Shown piece by piece: positions 25,876-40,800 of a DNA stretch of 64,000 nucleotides. Location: NCBI RefSeq assembly GCF_006345805.1, contig NC_043003.1, forward strand, positions 32,736,001-32,800,000. The letters are read 5' to 3'. This DNA is from Octopus sinensis. Lineage: Eukaryota. The translations under genes and the position numbers were made by a program. The notes under the pieces are model-generated. The model was given only the letters and a program-made list of their open reading frames with translations, searched no databases and had not been told where the DNA came from. Position 1 is the stretch's first letter, and each line of letters starts with the position of its first letter.

Positions 25876-28800
25876 AGAGAGAGAGCATGCAAAAAGTATG
25901 TTCATCTAATTTCAAAACTATTCCAACCATCTTAGCTATTTTTAAAAGTGTTCCACCTGTGATCACCCAGTTTTTTAAAAAACATTTCAGCTGTGACCAT
26001 CCATGACCATCAAATCTTTTGCAAAAAGCATTTCGCCCACGACCACACTGCTTTTTGTTTTTCTTTGTCCTTGGTCAGTTCTGAGCCAGCAGACTTATAG
26101 ATTAAGCTGCTGATATGATTGTGTGGTAAGAAGTTTGCTTCCCAACTGCATGGTCCTGAGTTCAATCCCACTGTGTGGTACCTTGGGCCAGGTTTAGCCC
26201 TGAGTTAATCTAAGCCTTGCGAATGGATTTAATAGATGCAAACAAAACTAAACCTGTTGTGTGTGTGTGTGTGAGTCTTCACGTTTGTGCTTGTCCCCTA
26301 CTACTTCTTGACAATCAGTGTTAGTTTGTTTATGTCCCTGTAACTTAGTGATTCAGCAAAAGAGACTGATAGAAAAAGTACCAGACTTTAAAAAGCAAAA
26401 ACTAAGTACTGGGGTAAATTTGTTTGATTAAAATTCTTCAAAGAGGTGCCCCAGCATGGCCACAACTGAATGATCAAAACAAATAAAAGATAAAAAATAA
26501 GCCCCTTTTTTTTTGAAACAAGAAAAAAAAGTGGTACGGTGTCACTAATATGGATGCCCTTTTACATGTCAGTGCATGGGTTCCTTTAATTTGTCACTGG
26601 CACAGGTGCCCTTTCATGTGTCACTGACATGAGTGCTTTTTACATGTCACTGGCACTAGCAATGACCATGATTCACTTAAAAAAGATGAGATGGTCATGT
26701 CTGGAATGTTGATGACTGGTGATGATTGCAATCTTCTTAAAAAAATACTTGATGGTCATAGTTGGAAAGCACAAAAAGGGTAGCTGACCTTAACTATGCT
26801 TTTATAAAGAAGACAGTGGTCCCAGTCTGATTTCTTTTTAAAGATGGGATAGTCTCATAACACACTAGCATTGCATAATGTAGTATGAGGTACAAAATAT
26901 TCATCATCATCATCATCATCATTATCAGCAGCATCATTTTACATCTGTTTTCCATGCTGGCATGGATTAAACAGTTTGACAAGAACTGGTAAGCTGGAGA
27001 GCTGCACCAGTCTTCAGTCATCTGTTTTGCTTGGTTTCTATGGCTGGATGCCCTTCCTAACACCAGCCACTTTACAGAGTGTACTGGGTGTCTTTTATGG
27101 GTCACCAGTGCAGGTATCCTTTTACATGTCACCAGCATGAGTGCCCTTCATGTGTCACTGGCATGGGTGCCCTTTCATGTGTCACCAGCATGGGTGCCCT
27201 TTCATGTGTCACCGGCATGGGTGCCCTTTCATGTGTCACTGGCATGGGTGGCCTTTCATGTGTCACCAGCATGGGTGCCCTTTCATGTGTCACTGGCATA
27301 GGTGCCCTTTTATGTGTCACTGGCATGGGTGGCCTTTCATGTGTCACTGGCATAGGTGCCCTTTTATGTGTCACTGGCATAGGTGCCCTTTCATGTGTCA
27401 CCAGCATGGGTGCCCTTTTACATGTCATCAGCATGGGTACCCTTTTATGTGTCACTAGCATGGGTGCCCTTTCATGTGTCACCAGCATGGGTGCCCTCTC
27501 ATGTGTCACTGGCACAGTTGTCCTTTTATGTGTCACCTGCATGGGTACCCTTTTATGTGTCACTGGCACAGGTTTCCCTTTTATGTGTCACTGGCACAGA
27601 TGCCTTTTCATGTGTCACTAGCAAGAGTGCTTTTTACATATCACCAACACTAGCAATGACCATGATTCACTTAACTTGACTGTCTTCTCAAGCACAGCAA
27701 ATCACCAGAAGTCTCGGTCACTTGTCATTACCTTCCTGAGACTCAACAACTGAAGATTGTATTTCACCACCTCATTCTATGTCTTCCTGGGTCTCAAAAT
27801 AAAAATTTAAAAAAAGGATCAGAATTATTATTGCTAGAGTACTTTTGCTCATAGTTCTGCTCAGTCAATGCTGACTTTGTATTAAACAATAACTGTATTT
27901 ATCTCTTTGCTGAAAAAGTTTTTTCTCCTCCTGTATTTCAAATTAATAACACTCCTTTTTCCTGAGAAACCTACACAATAGAGTGACTATATAAAATAAA
28001 CAAAGACTCTCACTATCAAATAGAACTATATTACAATATATTGCCGTCTAGTTTAAGGTCTGATAATCAGCATCAAGTAACTATATTAAAATTCATTACA
28101 TTAAGAAGAGAAAAAGTTCTCACAAACACATGTATCATCATCATTATCATTAATGTCATCAGTTTTTGCTTGTACTTTTCCTTTTTGCTAGTTTCCTTTT
28201 TGCATATTAATAAAAGCAGAAAAATTATTCATTTATTTATTATTGTTTTTATTATTTTTGTTTATCTTAAGGGGGCAAGCTGGTAGAATTGTTAGTGTGT
28301 CGAACAAAATGCTCAGCTGGATTTTTTTCCTAGTTGTACATTCTGAGTTCAAATCCAGCTAAGGTCCACTTTGCATTTCATCCTTTCAGGTTCAATAAAA
28401 TAAAGCATAACTGAAGTACTGGGGTATGATGTAATTCTATTAACCCTCTTGTCCTAGATAGAATTGTTGGCTTTGTACCAACATTGGAGGTTTCCATACT
28501 GTTTCTGTCTATCAAATTTCATTCATGGCCTAAATTAATTTGAGCCTGTAGTAGAGGACTTTTGTCCAAAGTGCCACACAGTGGGACTGAACTATACTGC
28601 CACACCTTTACCTATATAACTGATACAGTTTTGTTAGAATCCACACCTCAGTGCAGCATTTACTATATTTCTTTCAAGTCTATCCATATGAACTTTTAAG
28701 CAAATAAATACACAAAGACAGATTGGATATGTAGGTGCTTGTCTTTCATCCACATTTCACAGAAATTATAGGTTGTCTGTTAATAGTAAAAAACCAGTGT

Positions 28801-31800
28801 TATGTTTTGGTTTACAAAATATTTACTGTATGCCAATAATGATGTAACACTCCTTTCACCTTAATTCATTCATTGTATTAACATACATGGGAATCTACTT
28901 AAAGTATTCACAGATTATGTTACTAAATAGTTATTGTTATCAAAATTAGTGGTTTCAAGCATACTCTGGGTATTGTTATGTTCTTTGTTTGAGGTTGTCA
29001 ACTAGGTGTGGTTATTCAAACAAAAACCCTGTCCCAAAGTGGTCACAATATGATGCTTTCACTGTAAGGTGGTGATCTGGCAGAATTGTTTGCATGCTAG
29101 GCAAAATACTTATAGGCATTTCATCTGTCTATAATCTGAGTTCAAATTCCACCAAGGTCGGCTTTGCCTTTTATCCTTTTGGGGTTGATGAAATAAATAC
29201 CAGTTGAACTCTGAGGTCGGTGCAATCAGATTATCCCCTCGACTGAAATTGCTGGCCTTGTCTAAAATTTGAAACCAATATGATATTTTCATTGTATATT
29301 TAATTTGGCTTATAAATAAGTTTGCAGTTAGTTATAACTGCAAGAGAGATAACAAGACAGACAAATTGGAGGGTTTGTAAGTTTCAGCTAGTTGAGTTGA
29401 TGGGTCTAATTCATCTTCAGTGTGGTCACCCAGTCTGTTTACACATCACACAATATCTTTCTGTTGGACCAAGTTCTATGAGGGGAAAGTTATACAAAAG
29501 TGAATTAGGTTGAAACATTGTATCTGGTGAGTCACTGGCCTTCCGAGCGAAGCCCTTTGTTTTTAAAGCATCACTCACTTTGAGATGTTTCCCTGAGACA
29601 AAATATTACAGCTAATCATCACCATCACCATCATCATCATCATTTAGCATCGGTTTTCCATACTGGCATGGCTTAGTTGGTTTGACTGGAACTGGTAACT
29701 CAGAGAGCTGTACCAGGTCTACACTCTTTGGCTTACCAGTCAAACCATCTAACACTAATGCCATTCCATCACCTTAATGTCCACTTTTCCATACTGTTTG
29801 ATAGAAATTGTTGAGGCAGATTTCCTATGGTGAGATACCTTTCCTGTTTCCAAGTAAGATAACGTTCCTCAGTGTCTGCAGTAGATGGCACCAGCCAAGT
29901 GTCCAGAGTTAGTGGCAGTGAACCTCAAACCACATGGCTTTAATCCTTAAACATTCAAACCGGCCATATCTGGCCAAAATATTTAACCTGTTTTATATTG
30001 AAACTGACCAGATCTCACCTCTCACCTCCCATGTCGTTCTAAAACTAAAAAATCACATCACTGAAATATCTAAACTACAAGATGATGCATGATTAATTCA
30101 AAACAATATAAATAAACAAACATCACATTTGACAGAATAATCTGAACACTAAAGGGTTAAACCAAACTCATCAATCAAACAGCCATGCTTCAGGCAAATT
30201 GAGATGCTGCATTCTTCTTTATTTTGTACTAGCAGTATCGCCCGGCGTTGCTCGGGTTTGTAAGGGAAATAACTATATAAGCATTTTTAGAGAGTTATAG
30301 CCAAAAAATAGCAAAAAATGCATTAAAAATGGAAAACAAATGATGGTAAATTTTTTTTTAAATCGTTGACTCATCGTAGACATTTTTAGAGAGTTACTTC
30401 CCTTATATAATAGCGAAAAAATGCATTAAAATGGTAAAAAATGATGGTAAATTTTTTTTAAAATCGTAGACGCGCGCTAATACCCAGAAGGGCTCGATAT
30501 GAATCACGACTATAAGATACCCACTTTTGGTTACACTGCATTGCAAAATGTGGGAGTAGTTAGGAATCTAAATCGTAGGAGACAGACACACAACTTCACT
30601 TTTATATATAAAGATTACTTTCTCTTATGTGTAAAATGGTCTTTTCTGAAATGTTGACATGGCACTGTGGTAAGAAGTTTGCTTCTCAGTATCGTGGTTC
30701 CGTGTTTGGTTCTATTGCATGGCAACATAGTTAAGTGTTTCCTGCTATTGTCTTGGGCCAACTAAGGCCTTGTGAGTGGATTTGATAGATGGAAACTAAA
30801 AGGCATTTGTTGTATACAGTAATGCTCGATATATGAGTTACTTTGATCCTAGAGACCGCTTGTAAAGTGAAAACTTGTAAAGCAAAGGAATAATTTACCA
30901 TAGTAGCAATGTTATAAATCGTAATTTGTTCTCGCAAAAATATTTTACCTATAAAATTTATAATACTTGTAAATAAATGGCAATAGAACAACAGTAGAAT
31001 GTAAAGAATATTTTATGTAAAGTAAAAAGAATGTCAAGATCATCTCTCTATATATAAACGGCAAAATGTCTGTGTGCGTTTCCTTTATACAAATCTACAA
31101 TTTTTCAGTTAGAGAGCTTGCACTTCCTATGGTCATTCAAAATCATTCAAGGGTTGTCATGCACATCTTTACATTTCCCCAGTCACCCCACAAAGCAATT
31201 AAAAATTAATAGAAGTGACCTTTTCGTGAATTTTCGATCCAAAACCGAATCAAAATGCCCAAAACTTGATACGCCAATTGAATGCCAGCTAGCTGTATGT
31301 GATTGGTTGGAGATTTGGACAGTACTTGCGTGTATGTGCACATGCATGCAGCTGTATATGCATGCACTAGCACTATGACCCAGCGTTTCCGGGTCATAGT
31401 GCTAGTTTACAATAAAAAAATATTATTATTATCATCTTTTACTGAATCACCTTCACTCACACTAGACTCGCACATATCATCACTTGTAGACGCATTCGCC
31501 AATTCACAAGTTCTAGTAGGCAAACTTGTAAATTTCTTTTTAAAAAACAAGTCTCTAGTTGCTTGCTTAGAGGAAGTGTTTTTTCGCTCTCTGTATATTT
31601 CTCAGTGACATGCAGATGCATTTGTTACAGTAATTTTTTCACTCATTTAATGAAATTAAATCTTTTGATTGATTTTGTTGATTTTTGTATCAAGTAACAG
31701 ATGGCATTTTAAAATTACAACTTCCTGTACCACTTGTATAATTATAGTTATATTAACTGACAAATGTCACTTGTGACCAGCTGTAGTCACTCCATGACCA

Positions 31801-34800
31801 GGATTGCAGGAGATACAAATAGGTGGCTTTAACGAATACTAAAGTCAACAAGTTTAGAGTAAGAGAGCAAAGAAGCCATAGCAAAATATTGATTTTTTTT
31901 TAGTCTGCAGAGAAATGGCTAAAATTTGCCCTGTTTATCATTATACCATATGTCACATGGTGGCTGCCCCCTCGCTATTGAGTATAGCCATTGCACGAAG
32001 CTTAATCAATGTTGTTATCATGCAATGCATGTGCAAGAAGATTTTTTTTAAAGTGAGGAAAGGCTGTGCACTGAGTCAATACCACTCACTAAGCAACAGC
32101 AGTCATAATCTGAAAAGAAGAACAAGTCAACATCATCGGTAACCACTGAGCTGCAGGTTTTATGTCGGAGTTATCCCAGTTACCTGAGTTACCTTCTCCT
32201 AGAAGGATGCCCTAACAAAGGCTTGGAGTCCTTCACTCCCAATGGTTTAACCGCGCGATCAGGTATTCAGTCCGATTATTTCTATGTCCCCGCGCATGAT
32301 ACAGCCTTAAGACATTTATTGGATGGCCGTTGACTCTCAAGAGTTCCTCTGCCCTTTGACGGGTTTTGTTTTTCATCCCGCAGGGTGTCCAATAAATACT
32401 CTCTTCACCAAGCAAGCTTGGTGGGGTTGCCGGTTTAGTCGCCGACGACCCGACCATGCAACAGGTTGTACTGGGTTATATGTTACCAGTAGCACTCAAA
32501 AGTCACATACATACATACATGAACACACACATAAGTCCTGGGGTCGATTTGTTTGACTAAAACTCAAGGCAGTGCTCCAGTATGACTGCAATAAAATGAC
32601 TGAAACAAATAAAAGAGTACAAGAATGTGTATGTGTGTGTGCAGATGTTTGTACCTCCTTGTCTTGATGTCATGTGAGAGTTCTCAGATGATTGTCAGTG
32701 TCATAAGCAGTGTTTTTCATTTCCAATATTCTTTGAGAAAATGTCTGGCCATGGAGAAATATTAATTAACTTGGAAACAGGTGAGGGTTGACTACAAGGA
32801 GGGCATCTGACCATAGAAAATCTGCCTCACTAATCTTTGTCTGATCCAGGAAAACATGATGATGATGATGTGTGTGTACATGTGTGTATACACACACACA
32901 CATATTTGTGTATGTGCATGTATATCCTGTTCACATGTTTGTAGTGATCCCCATACTTATTTCATTGATTGCTTCTTATGGAAATACAGATATACTCTTG
33001 GATGCATGCACACACATGCAAGTACAGAAACATGCACACACATTTACTTTACTGGCACTTGTGCCAGTGTGCAGGTGACACGTAAAAAAGAAACGGTGAT
33101 TTTCCATGACCCTTGCCCATACCGGTGGCACGTAAAAGTACCCACTACACTCTCAGAATGGTTGGCATTAGGAAGGGCATCCAGCTGTAGAAACTCTGCC
33201 AAATCAAGATTGGAGCCTGGTGCAGCCATCTGGTTCACCAGTCCTCAGTCAAATCGTCCAACCCATGCTAGCATGGAAAGTGGACATTAAACGATGATGA
33301 TGATGATGTACATGATATACTTCTGCTCAGTTTGCAGCTACTAAATGCAACTGCACATCACCTTGGATAACAAATGTAGCCTTAAATGGGCTCAGAAAGC
33401 ATGAGTCCATCCAAAGCTACATTTACCTAAAGTAGCATAATTCATTTTATTTGCTTCAGTCATCCAACTGCAGCCAATTCTGTGGCCCCCACCTGGAAGA
33501 ATTTTAGTTGAACAAATCAATCCCAGTACTAATTCTTTTTTTTTAATGCCAGGTACTTATTGTATCCTATACCTTTGCAGAACTGCTAAGTTACAAGGGC
33601 GTAAACACATCAACACCAGTTGTCAAGCAGTGGTGGGGGACAGATACAAAGGCACATACACAAATATACACACACACACACACACACACACATACACATG
33701 ACTGGCTTCTTTCAGTTTCCCCTCTACAGATTCACTCACTATGCTTTGGCTGGTTATAACTATAGTAGAAGACAAGTAACGAAGCTGCCACACAGTGGGA
33801 CTGAACCCAGAACCATGTGGCTGGTAATCAAACTTTTTATCACACAGCCACAGCTATATGCAGTGGATTCAAACATGGAAGCATTGATTGAGAAGCAAAC
33901 TTCTTTTCTTCTTGCTTGTTGTGTGTGTGTGTGTGTGTGTACACACAAAATTTAATGGAAGAAGGATTTGAAGTCCGGGCATTCTGATACAATCCAGATC
34001 TGGTTAGCCTCATTGAATACTAGGGAACATACAGAATTGTTTGAGATAAACAACTAAACAGTACTTCACTTGATAAGTAAACCCCGAGTTTGCTTTACTG
34101 GATTTCGTACAGCATACAGAGTATATAATCAAGACATCATAAAGCTAAATGGAGACTTATACACCTTCAGAACTTATTTATTAAAGCTTTATTCTCATTA
34201 AATGCAAATCTGATGTGTATTTCTGCTAGATAAATGGACATGCTCATCTAAAGAAGAAGTAGATATACTAGCTACTAGAAAGTTCATAATTGAGTTTGAA
34301 GGAAAATACTGGATAAAGTTAGACCTGATCAGTTTGACATTACTATGGGCTTCAGCAATTCCACTGTACCCAAGGATGAGCTTAATGGGTAAATCCAGGA
34401 TTAACACCCAAATGAAATTATATATGTAGGCATGGCTGAGTGTTAAGAATCGTGCTTTACCATCAAGTAGTTTCAAGAAGCTCAGTCTCACAGCTTGTCA
34501 CTTGGGGCAAGTGTCTTCTACTATATAGTTCCAAGCTGACCAAAGCCTTGTGAGTGAATTTAGTAGACAGGAACCGAAAACTTTCTCACTATGTATTTGT
34601 GTGTGTGCATTTGTATTTCTCCCTGTCTTGATATCGCATTATAATTGCAAACAAACATCTTTGTCACCCAAGCTGTTTTGTTTGTTAGCCATCTTTCATG
34701 AAAGCATGTGCGAACTAAAGGCGCAGAACATGTGTGAACTATAAATGTAGAAGTGCCTGTGTGGTAAGAAGCTTGCTTCCCAACTAAATGGTTCCGGTTC

Positions 34801-37800
34801 AGTCTTACTCCGTGGCACCTTAGGCAAGTGTCTTCTACTATAGCCTTGGGCTGACCAAAGCATTGTGAGTGGATTTGTTAGATGGAAGCTGAAAGAAGCC
34901 TGTCGTATATGTGTGTGTGTGTGTGGTGTGTGTGTATTTGTGTCTGTGTTTGTCCCCCCATCATCAGTTGACAACTGATGCTGGTGTGTTTACATCCCCA
35001 TAACTTAGCAGTTTGGCAAAAAAGACTGATAGAATAAATACTAGGCTTTCAAAGAATAAGTCTTAGAGTCGATTTGTTTAACTGAAGGTGGTGCTCCAAC
35101 ATGACTGCAGTCAAATGACTGAAACAATTAAAAGAATAAAACAAACCATTACCTTACTTGGAAACAGGTGAGGTTAACAACAAGAGTGTCCATTCAGTTT
35201 TAGAAAATCTACCTCAACAAATTTTATCTTACCCATAAAGCACCTGGAATGGTATACATTAAAATGATAAATATGTATGCATGCATGTATGTGTGTATCT
35301 CTATCTGTTTCTGTCTAAATGTATATGCTTATTTTTTGCAGGAACTTATCTTTAGATTAGATGGCTTTCGTCCATTTGGTTGGTACCTTACATTATTGCA
35401 GTTTGCTTGGTATAGCTTCTTCGGTATTGTGGAATCTCACTGGAAAAAGGAAGACGCACGGAAGTAAGTGGCAAACTATTACACTCGGAATTCTTAGAGA
35501 CTGTATTATTTGATTTTCATGCTTGCACATTCATGATTTAGCCAAAATGACGCCCTACGATATAAGTCTTACACTGCAAAACTAGAAAATGCTTCTGCTC
35601 TGGTTAATTGCTTAGTTGCTTACTCATTACAAAGTTCAAGTAAACAACAATTTAGTCTCTTTAAACAGCCAATTAACTAACTCCACTCCTGTCCATAAGC
35701 AGACATTGATATTCTCCTGACACTCTTAGTTTTTGTGAGCAAATATCTGATTGCTGGAGTGGAAACATGCTTTGGCATTTAGTGGAATTTGAACTCTGAA
35801 TATTAAAAAGCTGCAGCAAATATCATAAAGCCTTCGTTTGATGCTACAAAAATTCTGTTTTTGTATTTGGTGTGCAGGATTTTTGATGTGAAACCGTTTG
35901 TTGAAACAGATTTTGTTGTATGTCAAGAGTAGAGGTGGCATGTCTTTGAAGAGGCTTGTAAATAGTGATAAAAGGAGTTTAGCCGACACAACTGATTGAT
36001 TGATTAACCTAATGATTAAGCAAACAATTGGTTGGTTAGTTGGTTAAATAGGTAATCAGCTGATGAATAATGACATAGAAGTGAAATCGAATCTTTGTGT
36101 GTGTTTATTATGGCAAAATGAACTTCCTGGGATGCAAACAAATCTGCTACCTGTGACTGATATCTTTCATTGATTCCAAAATGATGAAAGGAAAATTTGA
36201 ACTTGGTGGGATTTGAAATCAGAATTCAAAGAGCTGGACTGATTATTTCATAGCATTTTGTTGACAGTAACAACTGTTTATTCACCAATTTTCAATAGCA
36301 TAATGACACAACTTTTGTATATAATCAGTCACCTTATTGAAAACTGCCACCTGACCCTTGAGTGCTTTAGCACATGTTATCAGATCTAGTCTCTGACTAG
36401 AAGACAACACTTTCTCTTCTTCCTACCAGTCACAGATGGTCTGAAAAATTCCAATGGACTCTGCCATTTCTCTTCTGACAGAGCAATAAATAAAAAGAGC
36501 TGCTAATGTTTATATTGACAAACTATTTAATACTAATGATTTATGTTTAAGTCAGGTGGTCTGAGGTATTAAATGGAAATAAATGTTTTAATGTGTTGGT
36601 CATAGAAACATTACAGTGTTAAATGAGCATAAGCTGTTCATTTATTGACTCAACTATTTTATATGCATCTACATGTAAAATAATAATGATATATTTTTTA
36701 TTGGAACAATTATGCTTGCTAAAAGTTTAAATATCTGAGATGATAAGATAATCTTTCAGAGTATTAATCCTATCTTTATTTTTATTTGGTGAGTCGACAG
36801 AATCATTAGGTGCAGGAGTGGCAGTGTGGTAAGTAGCTTGATTACCAATCACATGGTTCTGGGTTCATTCCCACTGCATGGCACCTTGGGCAAGTGTCTT
36901 CTACTATAGCCTTGGGCCGACCAAAGCCTTGTCAGTGGATTTGGTAGACGGAAACTGAAAGAAGCCCGTCATATATATGTATGTATATATATATATATAT
37001 ATATAATATATATATATATATAATATATATACATATACATACATACATATATATATGTATGTATGTGTGTGTATATGTTTGTGTGTCTATGTTTGTCCCC
37101 CTAACATCACTTGATAACCGATACTGGTGTGTTTGCGTCCCCGTAACTTAGCAGTTCAGCAAAAGAGACTGATAGGATAAGTCTTACAAAGAATAAGTCC
37201 TGGGGTCAATTTGCTCGACTAAAGATGGTGCTCCAGCATGGCCGCAGTGAAATGACTGAAACAAGTAAAAGAGTAAAAGAGAGCATTGGACAAAATAACT
37301 TGTGTAATTCTTTTGAGTTCAAATTTTGCTGAGGTCAACTTTGCTTTTCACCAATAAAATTAGGTACCACCAGTCAAGTACTGGGTTGATGGTATTGAAT
37401 TATCCCACCCCACTCAAATTACTGACTTTGTGTATTAGAAACCATTATCATCATTGTTTTCATTGTTATTATGTTTATTGATTAAATTCTGTACATCCTA
37501 AAACAAAGATTCCATACACACACACATACACACACACAAAATCATTGGTGTGGATGCTGGTGTGACAGAAAAAAACACTGGTGTTGGTGCCGTGTAAAAT
37601 ATCACTGGTGCTGGTGTCAATGTAAAAGCTCCTAGTACACTCTGTAAAGTGGTTGGCATGAGGAGAGGCATCCAGCTGTAGAAACCAAGTCAAAACAGAC
37701 TATGTAACCTAGTGTGGCCCCTGGCTTTGCCAGTTCCTCTCAAGCCATCCAACCCATGCCATTATGGAAAACAGACATTAAATGATGATGATGATAAATG

Positions 37801-40800
37801 CTTAGAGCCAGAAAAGCACTAGAATATTTGGTCCGACCAAACGGTTGTTGTATCTTAGTAATGAGTCGAGCAAAACTCATTTATAAGCAACACAGCAATT
37901 CACAAAAGTTAGTAGCGGCACTCTTCTGGCAAGAACATATGCTTTCTTTTTATAATCGCATATATTTTGTGTGGTGTTAGTCGTGTTATGGGCTGTGATG
38001 AGCTATGTGGTATTGATGGAGAGGATTGCAGATGTGGTAGACGGAAGTGAAGACTGCAGGGGCCTGTGGCACAGCCATGGGGCATGCATGGGCAGGAAGC
38101 ACGTGTGGCAGTTCGAGCAGAGACGGCAGCGTGCTAGGACGTGTTTATTTCTTGAGAGCTCTTTGTTTGGTTTAGCTTATTTTTGACTTCTAGTGTAGTA
38201 ATAGTAAGGAATGCTCAGTCTAAAGTATTGGTGCTTCAAATTCATACGACTCTGATCTTCCTGACATGATTATGTAATAAATCAATTTGCTTTAAGAGAT
38301 TCAGCAAAATGTGTTTTTAATGACTCTCTGACTCATGTGTCTCAGAGTCACTGATGAGGTCGCAGAATGTGTGAGGAAAGAACTTTGACAGACAAATGAA
38401 CTAAAAATCATTATAATAAAACCAAAGTGAAGATCAAGTAAATAGCACATGTAATTAATTGGCAAAAGACAATCATCCCTAAGAATAACAAGGTGTGTTT
38501 TTAATTTGTTATGAAATAATTTGTAATCACACAATCATCTATTGGCTGGCAATGAATTCTAGGCTGATCAGGAACCCAACCTAGGCCCCCATATCTATGG
38601 CGTTCGCCACTGGAATAAGGAGTGGTTGGAGATCACGCGGTCGTTAGCCTTAAATCGCCAGGCCTGGTCGGCGTTTGTGAGAGATGCAGCATTGAGGATA
38701 AATGAAGCCAGCTCAACCCACACCGGGTGAATGCTGTAAGAAGAAGAATGAATTCTAGAAGCATGGTGGGATGTGATATACTTAAAAGTTCCATTAAATG
38801 TGTGGTTGTTGAAGAGGTGGGGGGAAAAAGGGACAATTGCTGGACCATCCCTGAGGTTCTGTTGTGCGTAAAGCTGCCGGAGCTAAATTTAGTGAGTTTT
38901 TGAAATATTTTGGTACAAAACCAAACACATATTTTATGAACACTAGAACATATTTTAAATCTTAATTGAAAATAGACAGGTAACCAATGATCATCATCAT
39001 CATCATCATCATCATGTGTCTGTTTCCTTGATTTGATATAGTGTGATAAATGTAAAATGAACATCTTATCATATAAGCATTGTTCTTCATTTCCAGTCTT
39101 TTGTGAAATATATCCAACTATGGGGAAATATTACTTTCCTTGGAAACAGGTAGTTCACCTTGCTATAGAAAATCTGCCTTAACAAATTCTATCTGACCCA
39201 TGCAAGCATGGAAAGTGGATATTAAGAAGATGGTATAGTAATATTAGCAGATGTCTTGGATATATACAAGGCCACAAATTTGGGGAAAAGTTGCAATTAA
39301 TTTTTATCAACCCCCAGTATTTGATTGGTATTTAAATTTTATGAGCTCCAGAAGGTTGAAATACAAAGTTCATTTGGTATGATTTGAACTTAGAATGTAA
39401 AGAGTTGTATGTAGACACTGCAATACATTTTGTCTGATACACTAATAACTCTGCCGTTCCACCTACTCCTGTAGATGTAATCTGTATACAATGTTTTCAT
39501 GTTTTATGTAATTTCTTAAAGTTATGGCATCTAATATTTGCGGTTGGATGATTATTTGTTATTTGTCACTGCTGCTCTGTTGAGTGAGAGCTGGACATCC
39601 TTCTTTTGTTAGTTGACCAACTGGTGAAAGTGGTGACCATAATTAGATTTGAACTGACAGAATCGTTAGCACGCTGGGCGAAATGCTTAGCAGTAGTCTG
39701 CCGCTACGTTCTGAGTTCAAATTCTGCCGAGGTTGACTTTGCCTTTCATCCTTTCGGGGTCGATTAAATAAATACTAGTTACACACTGGGATCGATGTAA
39801 TCGACTTAATCCCTTTGTCTGTCCTTGTTTGTCTCCTCTATGTTTAGCCCCTTGTGGGCAATAAAGAAATAAATTAGATTTGAACTTATAACCATGTTGA
39901 TTTTTGACTCTTTCTTTCTTTGAAATGCAGAGCACCATTAAGGACATATAGCATACTAGCTTTCATCTCAGTAGCAACTATTGGATTGTCAAATTCTTCT
40001 ATGGGTTATTTGAACTTCCCAACGCAACAGATTTTTAAGTCTTGCAAACTTATTCCAGTCATGATTGGTGGAATTATCATTCAAGGTAAGAAATTTTGTA
40101 TTTTGTTTTTCCTAACTATTTATAGTAGAAATGTTTTCTGTCATCAGAAACTTTAATGAGATACTAGTGAGAGTTATGGTATCTGTAGCTTAAAAGTTAT
40201 TATTTAACCTTGGTTCAGTACTGATCAGGTAGAAAGATCATCAAAGACATGGATGGCAAGGTGAGTTTGGATCTTTGAAAACATAGTTACAGATGTCAAA
40301 TTGGCTTTGCATTGAAGGTAGACCTAGCAGCCACATCTTCCTCAAATCCAGCCTACCATCATAAGTGAAAAGAGACTAATCATCATCATCATCATCATCG
40401 TCGTTTAACGTCCGTTTTCCATGCTAGCATGGGTTGGACGGTTTTGACTGGGGGCTGGCAACCAGATGGCTGCACCAGGCTCCAGTCTTGATCTGACAGT
40501 GTTTCTACAGCCGGATGCCCTTCCTAATACCAACCACTCCGAGAGTGTAGTGGGTGTTTTTTACGTGCCACCTGCACGGGGGCCACTAAGGCGGTACTGG
40601 CAACGACCTCGCTGGAATCTTTTTACACATGCCACCAGCACAGGTGCCAGTGAAGCGACGTTGGTAACAATCACGTTCGAATGGTGCCCTTTTACGTGCC
40701 ATGGGTACAGAAGCCAGTTGGCTGCTCTGGCAATGATCACAACGTACACTCGGATGGTGTTCTTGGCACCCTACTAGCACGATCATACTCGAATAGCCTC

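Noticed and set aside
27079-27679. Cys/His-rich 'metallothionein-like' ORFs (CPFMCHWHG repeats)
   Set aside because: 27-bp minisatellite inside a LINE 3'UTR, open in multiple frames on both strands.
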